A DNA stretch of 64,000 bases, taken from contig BCKQ01000004.1 in NCBI GenBank assembly GCA_001600695.1, forward strand, positions 417,583 through 481,582, read 5' to 3'. This document shows positions 20,685 to 31,971 of the stretch, piece after piece. This DNA comes from Ascoidea asiatica JCM 7603 (taxonomy: Eukaryota > Fungi > Ascomycota). Numbering within the stretch: position 1 is the first letter of the stretch; every line of letters starts with the position of its first letter. Both the position numbers and the translations under genes were made by a program. Under the pieces are notes generated by a model. It saw nothing but the letters and a program-made list of their open reading frames with translations, made no database searches and was not told where the DNA came from.

Positions 20685-21971
20685 CACAGTTTTTAAACTA
20701 ATAAAGTTAATTAACGTTAACGATAGGAGAATAAATTTTATCAAATTATTCGATGAAGGCCATCTCCTACAAAAAGTAGTAGGAAAAATAGTAGGAAAGT
20801 AGTAGCAGTGGTGCGCTGCACTGCCACACCGCTCGAACAACTCAGGCACAACCACCAGCGCAAAAATAATCCGCGGGAATAGTCACAGCCACAAGCCCAC
20901 CAGAATATATTAGATACTGCACGTGCAGAGGCATCTTACATCCTCCATTCAGCCAAAGCAGACCTTTTTTAGTGCCATGGCGCTTCAAGCCGAGCAATAA
21001 TCTGACGGAAATCAAGTCCGATAGCCAAGCACCAGATGGAAACCCACACTAGCCATCGGGCACTTTCTAAGGAAAAGTAATTTGTGGCGTGTAGGGTGCA
21101 ATTACCTTTTTGTGTGTGTCTCGTATGGTCATCCAAATCAAGATTCTGTTGAGCTTGAAAACATCCATCACACTGGTAGTTCCACACGGTTGGTATGCTT
21201 GCAAAACAAACTAACTGCAGCTAAATGCTTAATAAGCCCTAACTCACAGTTTTTTTCCTCAGATCCACGTGATATATTGTGCCATGCAAAACTCTGCCAG
21301 ATCCAAATCTGTTTGCATTATTGCACGCGGTCGCCATCCATTGAGTTTCCCGATTGGGACTGTTACCCTGGGAGTGTTTCGGTTGTTTCAGTGGGTGAGC
21401 GTGTCCTTCCGCAATAGGAGAAAGGTAAACAGCACCACCGTGCCAGAGCTTAACGACCAAAATAAATATATTTTCCTGTTTGACCCTTTTTAACCTGGAT
21501 TAAATCCTGGTATTTTTAAATTGCAATCTTTCTTTAATTAATTTATTAATTTGTTTAATTATTGAATCTATTAATTAAATTAATTAATTAATTTATGATC
21601 AATATTATTTTTCTACTCTCATTTTAATCTCACTTTATTCTTATTCAGATCACAATCAGATCAAAACCAGATTTCAATCTCAATTTCTTAAAAATCATTC
21701 TATTTTTTAAATTTCACTTTCCTTCTCACTTTTAATTGGTCTTTTCATATTATAAAGAATATATAAACATTATATAAAGAATATAACAAAGAGTATATAT
21801 GAATTATATAAAGGATAAATAATTTAACCTCGATATTCAAATCTGAAAATATAATAATCACTCCTTTAAAAATAATCTAACTTATATATTCATTCATTCA
21901 TTCATTCACTAACTAAAATATATATATATAATATCTATATATATAAATAAAATCATACTGTATAAAAAATA

Positions 21972-23636
21972 ATGACAATAACTTCAACAACTTTAGAAGA
22001 ATCAAATCAATTCATTTTAAAAGTTAAATTATTACCTTCAATAAAAAATGATATTATTAATAACAATATTAATAAAAGTAATTTGAATAATGATGAAATT
22101 AATTCATCTTTATTACCTCCTTATAATCCAATCAAAAATTATTCTAATAAACTAAATATCATTCAAGATAACTCTTTTGAATATAACTCTTTTGATACTT
22201 ATTCAAATAATATAGATAATGATACAACCATTGATCAAATTGATCAGTTTCTAAATGATCTATCAATCAATCATAATAATAATAATAATGACATTAATAA
22301 CAATAATAATAATCAATCTTATAATTATCATTTAAATTATCAATTTGATGATACTAACTATAATAATATTCATATTCACAATCATCATCTCGATCATCAT
22401 CATTCTCATACTCATACTTGTTATGAAGACTCAGATTCTTCTTCAACTTCTTCACTCATAGACTTCTCAAATTCTGATAATGATATTAATTCTGATAAAT
22501 CTGATAATTCCGATGATTTCACTTCATCTGATGAAGATGATGATGATGACGAATATGATTTAGATTTTGATGATCATTTTGAAACTTTATCCTATAATGA
22601 TATAGAAGAAGAAGTCTTATCAACTTCAAGTTTAAAATTACAACGTACTAATAGTTTACCAAATATTAATATAACCAATAATAATAATATTGATATCGAT
22701 AATAACATCGATAATGATAATGATGACACTATTGATTATGATAACTATAGTGATGATGAATTTGATAATAACAATATTAATAACAATAACAATAACAATA
22801 ATCACAACCATAGTATATTAAAGAAATCTTCTTTAAATAACTTAAGAACTTTTAATATAACTTCAAATAATATTAACAATAACATAAGTAATAATTTAAA
22901 TATTTCAAATAACTTAAGTAATTTAAATATTTTAAAAAATTTAAAATCTCCAGGTAGAATATTCACTCCAAAAAAACATATTAAACCAAATAAACCAATA
23001 ATAAAAATTCCAATAAATAAATTAAATTCAATAAATTTAATTGTAACTGCAAAAAATGGTGGTTTAAATGATGCAACAAAATATGCAACTGAATTAAATA
23101 GTAAAAATTGTCAAGGTATACCTTTACCTGATTCAATTAAAGAAATTGTTACAATCCCAACAATTTCTTCATTTAATTCAATTAATAATAATAAAAATAA
23201 GAATAAAAATAAAAATAAAAATTTTCAAAAAAATTCAAAAAAAAATTCAAAAAAAAATAAAAATAAAAATAAAAAATGTAAATGTAAAAATAAAAGAAAA
23301 TCTTTATATAAAAGAAAAGATAAAGCTGCAGTTATAAAAGCTTATGAAATCAAATTACCACTTAGTAATTCAATTAATAATAATATTTCAAATGATAATA
23401 ATTCAATTGATGATATTGATCAATTTACTTCAAATAATCAAAATGATAAATATAACTCATTAAATATGAATAATTTATTAGGTTGTTATTCAGAATCTGA
23501 ATTGAAAAAACATTTAGAATCTAAATCAAATTCAAAAATTTCAAATTATGATTCTGAAAATATCAGTGTTTTAAGTTTTACTTCTTCAATCAATAGTAAG
23601 AAAAAAGTTCAATGGGCTGAAAAACTTGAATGGTGA
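21972..23636 (+). CDS. Asn/Asp-rich low-complexity protein, possibly Sfg1-like
   Basis: Conserved-looking islands LLPPYNPIK, ATELNSKNCQGIPLP...VTIPT and C-terminal KKVQWAEKLEW recall yeast Sfg1. It neighbours the ZRC1/COT1 homolog, as SFG1 neighbours COT1 in S. cerevisiae. Confidence 0.5.
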   Translation: MTITSTTLEESNQFILKVKLLPSIKNDIINNNINKSNLNNDEINSSLLPPYNPIKNYSNKLNIIQDNSFEYNSFDTYSNNIDNDTTIDQIDQFLNDLSINHNNNNNDINNNNNNQSYNYHLNYQFDDTNYNNIHIHNHHLDHHHSHTHTCYEDSDSSSTSSLIDFSNSDNDINSDKSDNSDDFTSSDEDDDDDEYDLDFDDHFETLSYNDIEEEVLSTSSLKLQRTNSLPNINITNNNNIDIDNNIDNDNDDTIDYDNYSDDEFDNNNINNNNNNNNHNHSILKKSSLNNLRTFNITSNNINNNISNNLNISNNLSNLNILKNLKSPGRIFTPKKHIKPNKPIIKIPINKLNSINLIVTAKNGGLNDATKYATELNSKNCQGIPLPDSIKEIVTIPTISSFNSINNNKNKNKNKNKNFQKNSKKNSKKNKNKNKKCKCKNKRKSLYKRKDKAAVIKAYEIKLPLSNSINNNISNDNNSIDDIDQFTSNNQNDKYNSLNMNNLLGCYSESELKKHLESKSNSKISNYDSENISVLSFTSSINSKKKVQWAEKLEW

Positions 23637-24569
23637 TATTTTATTTCACTTTTTTTTATTACAATTTTTTTTTTTTTTTTCTTTTCATTTCATTTCATCT
23701 TAATTTAAGATCATTCTCTTCTACAAATTTTATTTCTATATTCTTTCAATTTATTTCAATATTATTATATCTTCATTTCTTTATATTTAAATTTTTTATT
23801 TTTTTTTTATTGATATAATCATATTTAATACTTTATTATTTACTAATTAGTTTTTAACTTTTTCATTATATAAAATTTCCTATATTATTAAACTACTATA
23901 TATTCTGTTTTTATTTCTCTTTACTTTACTTACTTAACTTTTTTTTTTATTTCTACATATATATATTTTCTCTTGTCTGTCTTTCTATTTGTCTGTTTAA
24001 TTTTTTCATTATCTTATAACTTTATATACTTATGCTTATGCTGATTTGTTCTGTTTTGTTCTGCTTACATTTTCATCTATTTATTGTTTATTTGTCTAAA
24101 TTTCTTCTTTCATCAAACATAACTATAAAGGACTCTAGAAAAAAAAAAAGGAAACATTCAATTACTTCACCAAATCTTAGATATAAATCTCAATGAAATT
24201 TAGGAATCGATTCTCATATTATTTTTTCATTCTGTTCATTTATAATAATAAATAATAAATAATAAATAATAAATAAACACAAAAAAATATATTTTTAAAT
24301 TCCTGCCAAAAATGAGTCCATTTTCTCGGGTCTTCTATTTTTGTCCGAGAGCGCCGTGTTTTTGGTCTCGTATCAAATTCTAGAAATTTCTCATACAAAA
24401 ACTGTCAACTTGTTAAAGCCCTGAAATCAGTTGAAGAATCTCCATCGAGTTCTATCTTTTGAACATACTTTCTTCAATCTTTTGATTTATAATTATTAGT
24501 TTATCAAATGATCATTATATCAATTTCCATATAAAATAATATATTTTTTGTCAATTCAGCTGTATCCCA

Positions 24570-25823
24570 ATGGTGTCCATAAGTTCTGTTAGGTTTCTAT
24601 TATCTTGTGCTTTTTTTCTTCAAATAATTCATTGTCATGATCCAATAAATATTAAGCATCGTCATAATGATCCTCAAGAAGTTCAAAAACCTCAACAATT
24701 TATAAATTTTCCAATAAAAGGTGATAATAATATAAAAAATGAACAAGTGGAAAAAAAAAATGAAATTGATAATAATATCGAAAATAATAATGAAATATTG
24801 ATAGATTTAAGTGAAAATTTAAATGAAAACTTGAATGAAAATCAAGAAATACAACAAATTTATCCTCCAACAATAATCTCTTCAGCAAAATTGATTCCAG
24901 GTTTATTATCAAAAGTTCCAAGAATTAAACCAAATCCATATTCATTTGATGAAATTTTAAAATTATCAAAACAGTTAGTTTCTTCATGTTCTTCAAATGC
25001 ATATATATTAATAAATCAACCTGGTATAACAATAAGTGATTTAAAACATTATGAAAATGTACCTTATTTAAGAAAATATCTTGAAAATTATTCAACTATT
25101 TTAACTTTTCCATTTACTGATTTACCACCAGCTTCAACTACTTCAATTAATAAAAAAGTTGATTTTTTTACAGTTTTATCAAATTATATTAAAAGAAATT
25201 GTCAAGCAGAAATTATTAATGTTGATCAAGAATTTGGTGATAATGATGAAACTGTACCTGATTATATTGATACAAGAACAAAAGTTATATTAATAAATTT
25301 TGAAAAATTACCTGATTATAATCTTGAATTTAGATCTTTTATTCTAAAACAAAATGATGTTTTATTACAAAAAATTTTAAGAAAATTACCAACTCCATAT
25401 CATTCAATTATTTTATCTTCTGATTTTTCAACAATTAAAGATGAAGAATTATATGATAATAATAAAGAAAGTTTTAATATAAAATTTTATAGAAATTTTA
25501 AAAAAATTAGTGATAAATTTTTAGATATTTTTCCAGATATTACTTTAAAAGATGAAAGATTTAAAGAAATTGAAAAAAATAATCATATTAATTATAATTC
25601 AAAACCAATAACTAGTAAACCAAAAAATATGTATGAAAGTATAAAGGAAGAAAAACAAAAAGAAGTTAAATTATTTGATAGAGATTTTTTAATTAAAAAT
25701 GAAACTTTTATATTACTAATGGTTTCTATTTTTTTATTTGTATTTCTTATTCAATTATTAACTTCATTATCTGGTTTTTTTAAAAAAATATTTGGTAAAC
25801 AAAAAAAAGGTAAAATAATTTAA
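24570..25823 (+). CDS. BIG1: ER membrane protein Big1 (beta-1,6-glucan synthesis)
   Basis: Signal peptide, CSSNAYILINQPG motif, ND..LQKILRKLPTP, one C-terminal TM segment followed by a basic tail. Confidence 0.78.
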   Translation: MVSISSVRFLLSCAFFLQIIHCHDPINIKHRHNDPQEVQKPQQFINFPIKGDNNIKNEQVEKKNEIDNNIENNNEILIDLSENLNENLNENQEIQQIYPPTIISSAKLIPGLLSKVPRIKPNPYSFDEILKLSKQLVSSCSSNAYILINQPGITISDLKHYENVPYLRKYLENYSTILTFPFTDLPPASTTSINKKVDFFTVLSNYIKRNCQAEIINVDQEFGDNDETVPDYIDTRTKVILINFEKLPDYNLEFRSFILKQNDVLLQKILRKLPTPYHSIILSSDFSTIKDEELYDNNKESFNIKFYRNFKKISDKFLDIFPDITLKDERFKEIEKNNHINYNSKPITSKPKNMYESIKEEKQKEVKLFDRDFLIKNETFILLMVSIFLFVFLIQLLTSLSGFFKKIFGKQKKGKII

Positions 25824-26638
25824 ATCACAATCAATATAAATAAGAAAAAATTTTGATTAGATAAAATTTTATAGAATATTGATTATTAATGTTACAGCTA
25901 TATATATTCGTTTCAATAAATTTTGTAGATTTTGTAGATTTTTTAAGTCCTTTTACAAAGAAACAAAATAAAGTATGAACATAATTCAAAAGTACTTTAT
26001 TTATATACAAAAATTAAATTACTTTCCAGTAATAAATCTGATTTCTCGGGCTTGAAATTTTCCAAATTTTGCAAATACAGTCTTCTTTTCATTCCTTTTA
26101 GTTGATAATAGTCATTTCATCATCTTTGAATCAGATCTTAGATAAGTTGGAAGTGATATAAATATATTTTCAATCTGATTGTTCTGATATTCAATTCCTT
26201 TAAAACTTTTCGCATAATGAAACCGGTGCAAACAAATCTCATCCTTTATTTTTCCTGTAACGTTAGAATCGGCAAAACAAACACCCAACTGGCTCTGTAT
26301 TTTCTATTCCTTTTCTATCAATATGAAAAGAAGCATTCTTTCAAACAAACTCATTTATTGTACGAAGTAATACAGATACTTCAAAATAATAGTGTTTTTT
26401 CAAATAGTTCAAAACTCTTTTGAAAGTAAATATCCTGAAAGCTTTTCAATTTCAAAGAATCTCATTCGGAGCGTTTAACAAAATACCAATATAAAAAACA
26501 AAACTAAAGCAAGAATAACTCCAACAAATATAACTAATTCATCAAAAAAATAGAAATAATTCAGCTACAATATCATCTAATCCAAGTATACAAGTTTATG
26601 TTTTTTTTTTATTTCTTGTTATCATAAGAAAGAATATC

Positions 26639-29122
26639 TCAAACATTTTTACTAGGCTTTTGAACAATGGAAGAATTATTTTCCTCAGATGTTTGAGCTT
26701 TTGCCTCACTGCTGTCTTTTGATTCTTTTTCTTCATTGTCTTCATTGACTTCATTGTCATCCTTATCATTAAACAATTCAGATTCAAATTTGGATTTTAC
26801 AGAGCTCTTTTCTTGTTCTCCAAGCTTACTTTTACTTTTAAAGGTATCTTCAAATTTCTTATCTTGGATTACTTTAGCGCTTTCCCTTGTTTCATCATTA
26901 TCATTTCCTTTTTTCATTTTCTTCTTTTCTAATTCAATATCTTTCAAAATTTGCTTGATATATTCCGATGCTAACTCAATTGTTGTTGCTTTACTAGGTG
27001 TAATAACTTCTTCTTTCATTTGTTTCGGAATTAATTCCCTTAATGAATAAATTGCTTTATTCATTCTATTTCTTCTTTCCTGTTCAGCTACTTTATGAGA
27101 TGTTTTTTTAGAATTATTAAATTCTTCAGTAATGATTCCTTTATTAATCATATCAATTAAATTTAGTTGAAGAACATTCATTCCTACATGAGATTTTGCT
27201 CTAAAAGTTGAAATATTATTCAGATTATTTTTGTTATTCAAATCATTAACATCAACTAAATTATTCAAATTTTTGATATTATTAACGGCATTAAACTTTT
27301 GAATATTAAAATTAGATGAATTTGAAAGATGCTCGATGCTTAAGGGTTGTTTTGGAGCTAAAAATTGTGGTGATTTTGGTGGTTGTGGTTTAATTTTTTG
27401 ATAATTATGTGCTTGATTTTCACCAATAGATACTTCACTGTTTTTTAATTCATTTAAATTATTCGTTTCATTGAATTGGTTATCAGGAATATTTTGTGAT
27501 TTTATGGTACTGGTTAAACCTTGCGTTTCAAATAATTTTTTTTTTGATTTTTTATTTGGATCAATTATCTGTGCTTTGTTAGGATTCTGAATTAAAGAAT
27601 CATTACTTTTTCTAAAAGTTTGATTTCGAAAAGTAAATTGTTGCTTAAAATTTGAAAATGAAGCTGGTGGTGGTGCTTGATTCAAAGCATTTTCCTGTGT
27701 GTTTTCTTGAACATAATTGTAAGTTTGTGTTTGTTCTTGAACATTACTTGATAATATTTCTATGGGAGATGAATGGTTTGAATTTGAAATTCTTTTGTTA
27801 CTTTTTTTTTTGGATATTCTACCAGAAGACTTAATTATTTTATTATTTGATAAGTTTGAATAATCAGAAAATGATTTATTTTTTGGAATTATGAAATTAT
27901 TGTCAGTTGGTGAGATTTGATGAATTTGAGTAATATTTGTTGGAGATTGTTCATTTGAATGATTCAAAACAGGTAAAGCAGGTAAAGTTAAAGGTACAAA
28001 AGAATCAATTTGACTTTCATCTTGACTTTGATTTTGAATCTGATTTTGATATTGAATATTCAAAGTAGGTGATAATAATGGGGTTATAAAAATGCTTGGA
28101 TCTAATTGATTGTTATTCTCTATTTGTTTTGAAAAATCATTATAAGGATTATAATTATAATTATCGTTATTATTTAAATTTGTTGTTATGCTGAAAGTAT
28201 TATTACTAGTATTGATATTACTCGTATTAATATTATTAGCATTAATAACATTTTGACTAATATTGGAAGAATTTGAAGGAAGTATGGAATTATAATCAAA
28301 AGTTGAATTGAAATCAGAATTTAAATTTGAATTTATGAATTGGGATTGGTTTGATAAATCATATGAATTATCTCCAGGATTTATAGTTTCTGAGAAGTTT
28401 TGTTTAGAATAATGATTATCTAAATATTTATAAACTTCTTTAATACTTAAATCAAAATCTAGACTAAGATTATTATTTGAATTTTCATTTATACTAGAAG
28501 TGGTTTTATTAATATTTTTAGAGCTATTAATGTTATTGAAGTTATTAATGTTATTACCTTGAATAATATTATCCAGATTATTTATATTATTCATATCACT
28601 CATAGTGTTTAAAGCAATATCATTCATTGATAAGTTGTTTGAATTCATATTCATTATGTTTATATTATCTATATTATCTATATTATCCATATTATTGATA
28701 TTATTGCTATTATTGATATTATTGATATTATTGGTATTATTATTGTTATCAGTGTCATTAGTGTTGATACTTGTACTTAAATTTAAATATTGAAAATTTG
28801 GATGTTGAAATTGATTAGGGTTAAGATGAAGATGAAAGTTACTATCATTATTTTGATTATTATTTTCAAAATTATCAAGAAGGTCATAATTCGGATTAGG
28901 AGCGTTTTGTATATTATTATTCAAATTAAGAGGAACATTTGAATCAAAAAATAATTGATTATTATTGATGAAATGGTTATTGTTTTGATCAATGTTACTA
29001 ACCTTTTCAGATTCATCATTATTAAAAGTTTGATTATTATTATTATTAATACTGTTGTTATTTTGATTATAATTATTTTGATAATTCACATTAGTATCTT
29101 CATCCGGATTTAGATTTTCCAT
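26639..29122 (-). CDS. PHO4: bHLH phosphate-response transcription factor Pho4
   Basis: KKTSHKVAEQERRNRMN...LIP...PSKATTIELASEYI is the Pho4/NUC-1 bHLH. Also TPLLSP and PLTLPAL blocks, and a long Asn-rich N-terminus. Confidence 0.85.
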   Translation of the reverse strand: MENLNPDEDTNVNYQNNYNQNNNSINNNNNQTFNNDESEKVSNIDQNNNHFINNNQLFFDSNVPLNLNNNIQNAPNPNYDLLDNFENNNQNNDSNFHLHLNPNQFQHPNFQYLNLSTSINTNDTDNNNNTNNINNINNSNNINNMDNIDNIDNINIMNMNSNNLSMNDIALNTMSDMNNINNLDNIIQGNNINNFNNINSSKNINKTTSSINENSNNNLSLDFDLSIKEVYKYLDNHYSKQNFSETINPGDNSYDLSNQSQFINSNLNSDFNSTFDYNSILPSNSSNISQNVINANNINTSNINTSNNTFSITTNLNNNDNYNYNPYNDFSKQIENNNQLDPSIFITPLLSPTLNIQYQNQIQNQSQDESQIDSFVPLTLPALPVLNHSNEQSPTNITQIHQISPTDNNFIIPKNKSFSDYSNLSNNKIIKSSGRISKKKSNKRISNSNHSSPIEILSSNVQEQTQTYNYVQENTQENALNQAPPPASFSNFKQQFTFRNQTFRKSNDSLIQNPNKAQIIDPNKKSKKKLFETQGLTSTIKSQNIPDNQFNETNNLNELKNSEVSIGENQAHNYQKIKPQPPKSPQFLAPKQPLSIEHLSNSSNFNIQKFNAVNNIKNLNNLVDVNDLNNKNNLNNISTFRAKSHVGMNVLQLNLIDMINKGIITEEFNNSKKTSHKVAEQERRNRMNKAIYSLRELIPKQMKEEVITPSKATTIELASEYIKQILKDIELEKKKMKKGNDNDETRESAKVIQDKKFEDTFKSKSKLGEQEKSSVKSKFESELFNDKDDNEVNEDNEEKESKDSSEAKAQTSEENNSSIVQKPSKNV

Positions 29123-30814
29123 TTTTATTCAAGTTTTTTTCATTCCTTTGAGATAAAAAAATAATTTTTTCTTTATTACAGATCACTTAATAAATTTCCC
29201 TCTAACAAAAAGGAAAAGTTATAAAAAATGAAAACAATTAATAACAATTGAAAATTATTGAGAGAATAATTAATGGCTTTTATTGAAAAAAAAAAATAAT
29301 AAATTGCAATAGATGATTTTTAAATATATTTCTCATTATTTTTTGAAATTGAAGGTTTGATCTTGAATTTAATCAAGTATTAATAAAGCAAAAAAAAAAA
29401 AAAAATATAATAATGGAAAGAGCAGTTCACATAGTTGATATAGAAATATAAAATTTCTATATTTTCTTTCAAATTCTAAGAATTTTCTCTTTAGTTGAAA
29501 AATTCACATAATTCATATAAATGACATTCAAGGAAATATGAAATTTAAACTGGAGACAGTGAAATAAAAACTCTAAAATAAGTTTTACGGGAGGAATAAT
29601 TTTTTTTTATTTTTTATTTTATGTTCTGTTTTGTTTTTGCTATTAAAAAGAATTTGTCTAAGAGTAATAAAGAAAATTAAATGGAATCAAGTAATAATCA
29701 TGGTAATGAAACTTAAAATGGCATATTACAAGTTATTCAAATCAATCCGATCCAAATACATCTCAATTTCAATTAGGTTAAATATATTTCAATGACTGAA
29801 ACTAAAATTGTAAATACAATAATAACTTAAAGGAAATTGCCTTCTTGGACAATTAAGGCGATGTTCAATTGAAAGGTTTCTCAAAGACTCAAGTATCAAT
29901 TTAGGTTCCCAGGCCACAGTGCCAGTCATTGAATGGGTCTTACAGAGTGATAAAGCTGTTTGGCATCTCATCTGATTTATGAGTGGTGGTAAAGCTGGCA
30001 GTGGTAGTTTTGCACAGTTTCTTTTGTACCTCTATTTTTTTCAATATTCACTGTCTCTGAATTTATATTCCTCTTTCTTAATATATCCTCTGGGAACTGG
30101 TTTTGCGACACTCGAGAGTATTTCGGCACTGCTGAAAACGTTGGGGGCATATGCAGAACCAGCCCTGCGGTAATAAAGCATCTGTGCGTGGCTACGCAGC
30201 AACAGGGCCCTAGGAGTTATAGAAACGGGTATTCCCACCAATGAAATATGTGCTTTGATTCACGTGGCATACTACAGACGTCATCAAAAGCAACAATCTG
30301 CGCATTCTACGCCAACGTTTCCCTGAAAGAACTTGCCAAACTCCAGACTCGACCGGCAACTTCCGACACATTTTCCAGGGCAAATAACTAAATAATATAG
30401 GCCAATAATTTATTTAGGAGAACATATTTGGGACATTATATTACATCCAAGAAACTGGTCTCAATGTTAATATTTTGAGACCATTCTTAAGGGTCTTTAC
30501 CGGCTTAGTCCCGTGATCGAGGTTCAAAAAAAAAGGTCTGTTATCAGCTGCTTTTTATCGTCATCGATCACTCACTCAAAAAGGGCTTGGATTTTGATTA
30601 TAATCATTTTATTATTCTATATTTTTATCATTCTATATTTTTATCATTCTATTCACATAAATCAAATTCATGAGCTTTTATAAATTCTGATATTAATCTC
30701 AAGGGAAAATAAATCAATTAAGATTGCATTTTATTACAAGAATTCAAAGAGATAACTTAGAGAAATAATCTTTAAAATACCCAATATTTAAAAATAAATA
30801 TAATATTCAAAATA

Positions 30815-31879
30815 ATGTCTTTTAAAGATTCACCATTTTTAAATGATCTTGAAGCTCAAAATAATTCAAATAATTCAAATAATTCAAATAATTCAAATAG
30901 TTCAAATAGTTCATATTCTGATAATCCTTCAAATGGTCAAATAAATCAACAAATAAATCAAGATATAAATAATGAATCATTTAATGAAGATTCTTTTAAT
31001 AATTTAATTGAAAATATTTCAAATTTATTATTTGATATTAATAATAATATAGTATCTTTAAAAAAATTTATAAATACATTATCAAATAGAAAAAAACAAA
31101 TTGATAATTTAAAATCTTTAAATAATAATAATAATAATTTAAATTCAATACAAAATAGATTATTTCAATTAATTGATCAAACAACAAAAAAATTTAAAAT
31201 TTTAAATAATTTTAAAAAAAATTTATCATTAAATTATATTAGTTTTAATGATTTAAATAATTTTAATGATGAAAGTATTAATGATAATCATTTTTTATTA
31301 AATAAATCTCAAAATTTCACAAAAGAGAAAATTTTATCTGAAATTAAAAATTCTTTTGATTCTTTTCAAATTTTACAAAAACAAATTTCAATAATTTCAA
31401 AAGAAATTAATAATGATTTAAAATCCTCTTTACTACATGATTCAAAAATTCAAACTGATAATAATAATAATAATAATAACAATAACATCAACGAAAATAA
31501 TAATGAAAATCAAGAATTAATTCAAAAAAAGAAAAAAAATCAAATTATAGTTGAAGTTGATCCAATAAATCAAGAAGAATTTATACATCAACAAAATTTT
31601 ATAATTGAAAGAGAAAATGAAATTAAAAATATTGAATCTGGTATAAAAGAATTAAATGAGATTTTCATAGATTTAGGTTCAATTGTTAATCAACAAGGTT
31701 CTGTACTTGATAGTATTGAAGCTAATTTATATACTTATTCTGATAATGTTAATGATGCAAGTACTCAATTAAGAAAAGCAAGTTATTATCAAAAAAGATC
31801 TCGTTCAAAGCAATTTTGTTTTCTTATAATCTTAATAATAATCTTATTTTTAATAGTAATAGCTATAGTATTAGGTTAA
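30815..31879 (+). CDS. PEP12: Endosomal syntaxin (Qa t-SNARE) Pep12
   Basis: PINQEEF..QQN...RENEIKNIESGIKELNEIFIDLGSIVNQQG..LDSIEANLY...LRKA..YQKR plus a C-terminal TM anchor. Confidence 0.85.
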   Translation: MSFKDSPFLNDLEAQNNSNNSNNSNNSNSSNSSYSDNPSNGQINQQINQDINNESFNEDSFNNLIENISNLLFDINNNIVSLKKFINTLSNRKKQIDNLKSLNNNNNNLNSIQNRLFQLIDQTTKKFKILNNFKKNLSLNYISFNDLNNFNDESINDNHFLLNKSQNFTKEKILSEIKNSFDSFQILQKQISIISKEINNDLKSSLLHDSKIQTDNNNNNNNNNINENNNENQELIQKKKKNQIIVEVDPINQEEFIHQQNFIIERENEIKNIESGIKELNEIFIDLGSIVNQQGSVLDSIEANLYTYSDNVNDASTQLRKASYYQKRSRSKQFCFLIILIIILFLIVIAIVLG

Positions 31880-31971
31880 TCATTAAGTTATTCTTTTCGA
31901 AAAAATTATTCATTTATTTATAATACAAAAGTTTAATCATTTAATATATTGGAGTAAATATAGACCATTTC

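Noticed and set aside
20568-21493. Cluster of short overlapping ORFs between ZRC1 and the SFG1-like gene
   Set aside because: Expected by chance in a GC-rich island with fewer stop codons; no recognisable motifs.
30449-30488. Hairpin TGGTCTCAA...TTGAGACCA; similar short inverted repeats at 34650-34695 and 58761-58801
   Set aside because: Stems of only about 9-15 bp, isolated, with no target-site duplication or second copy. Not enough to call a MITE or ncRNA.
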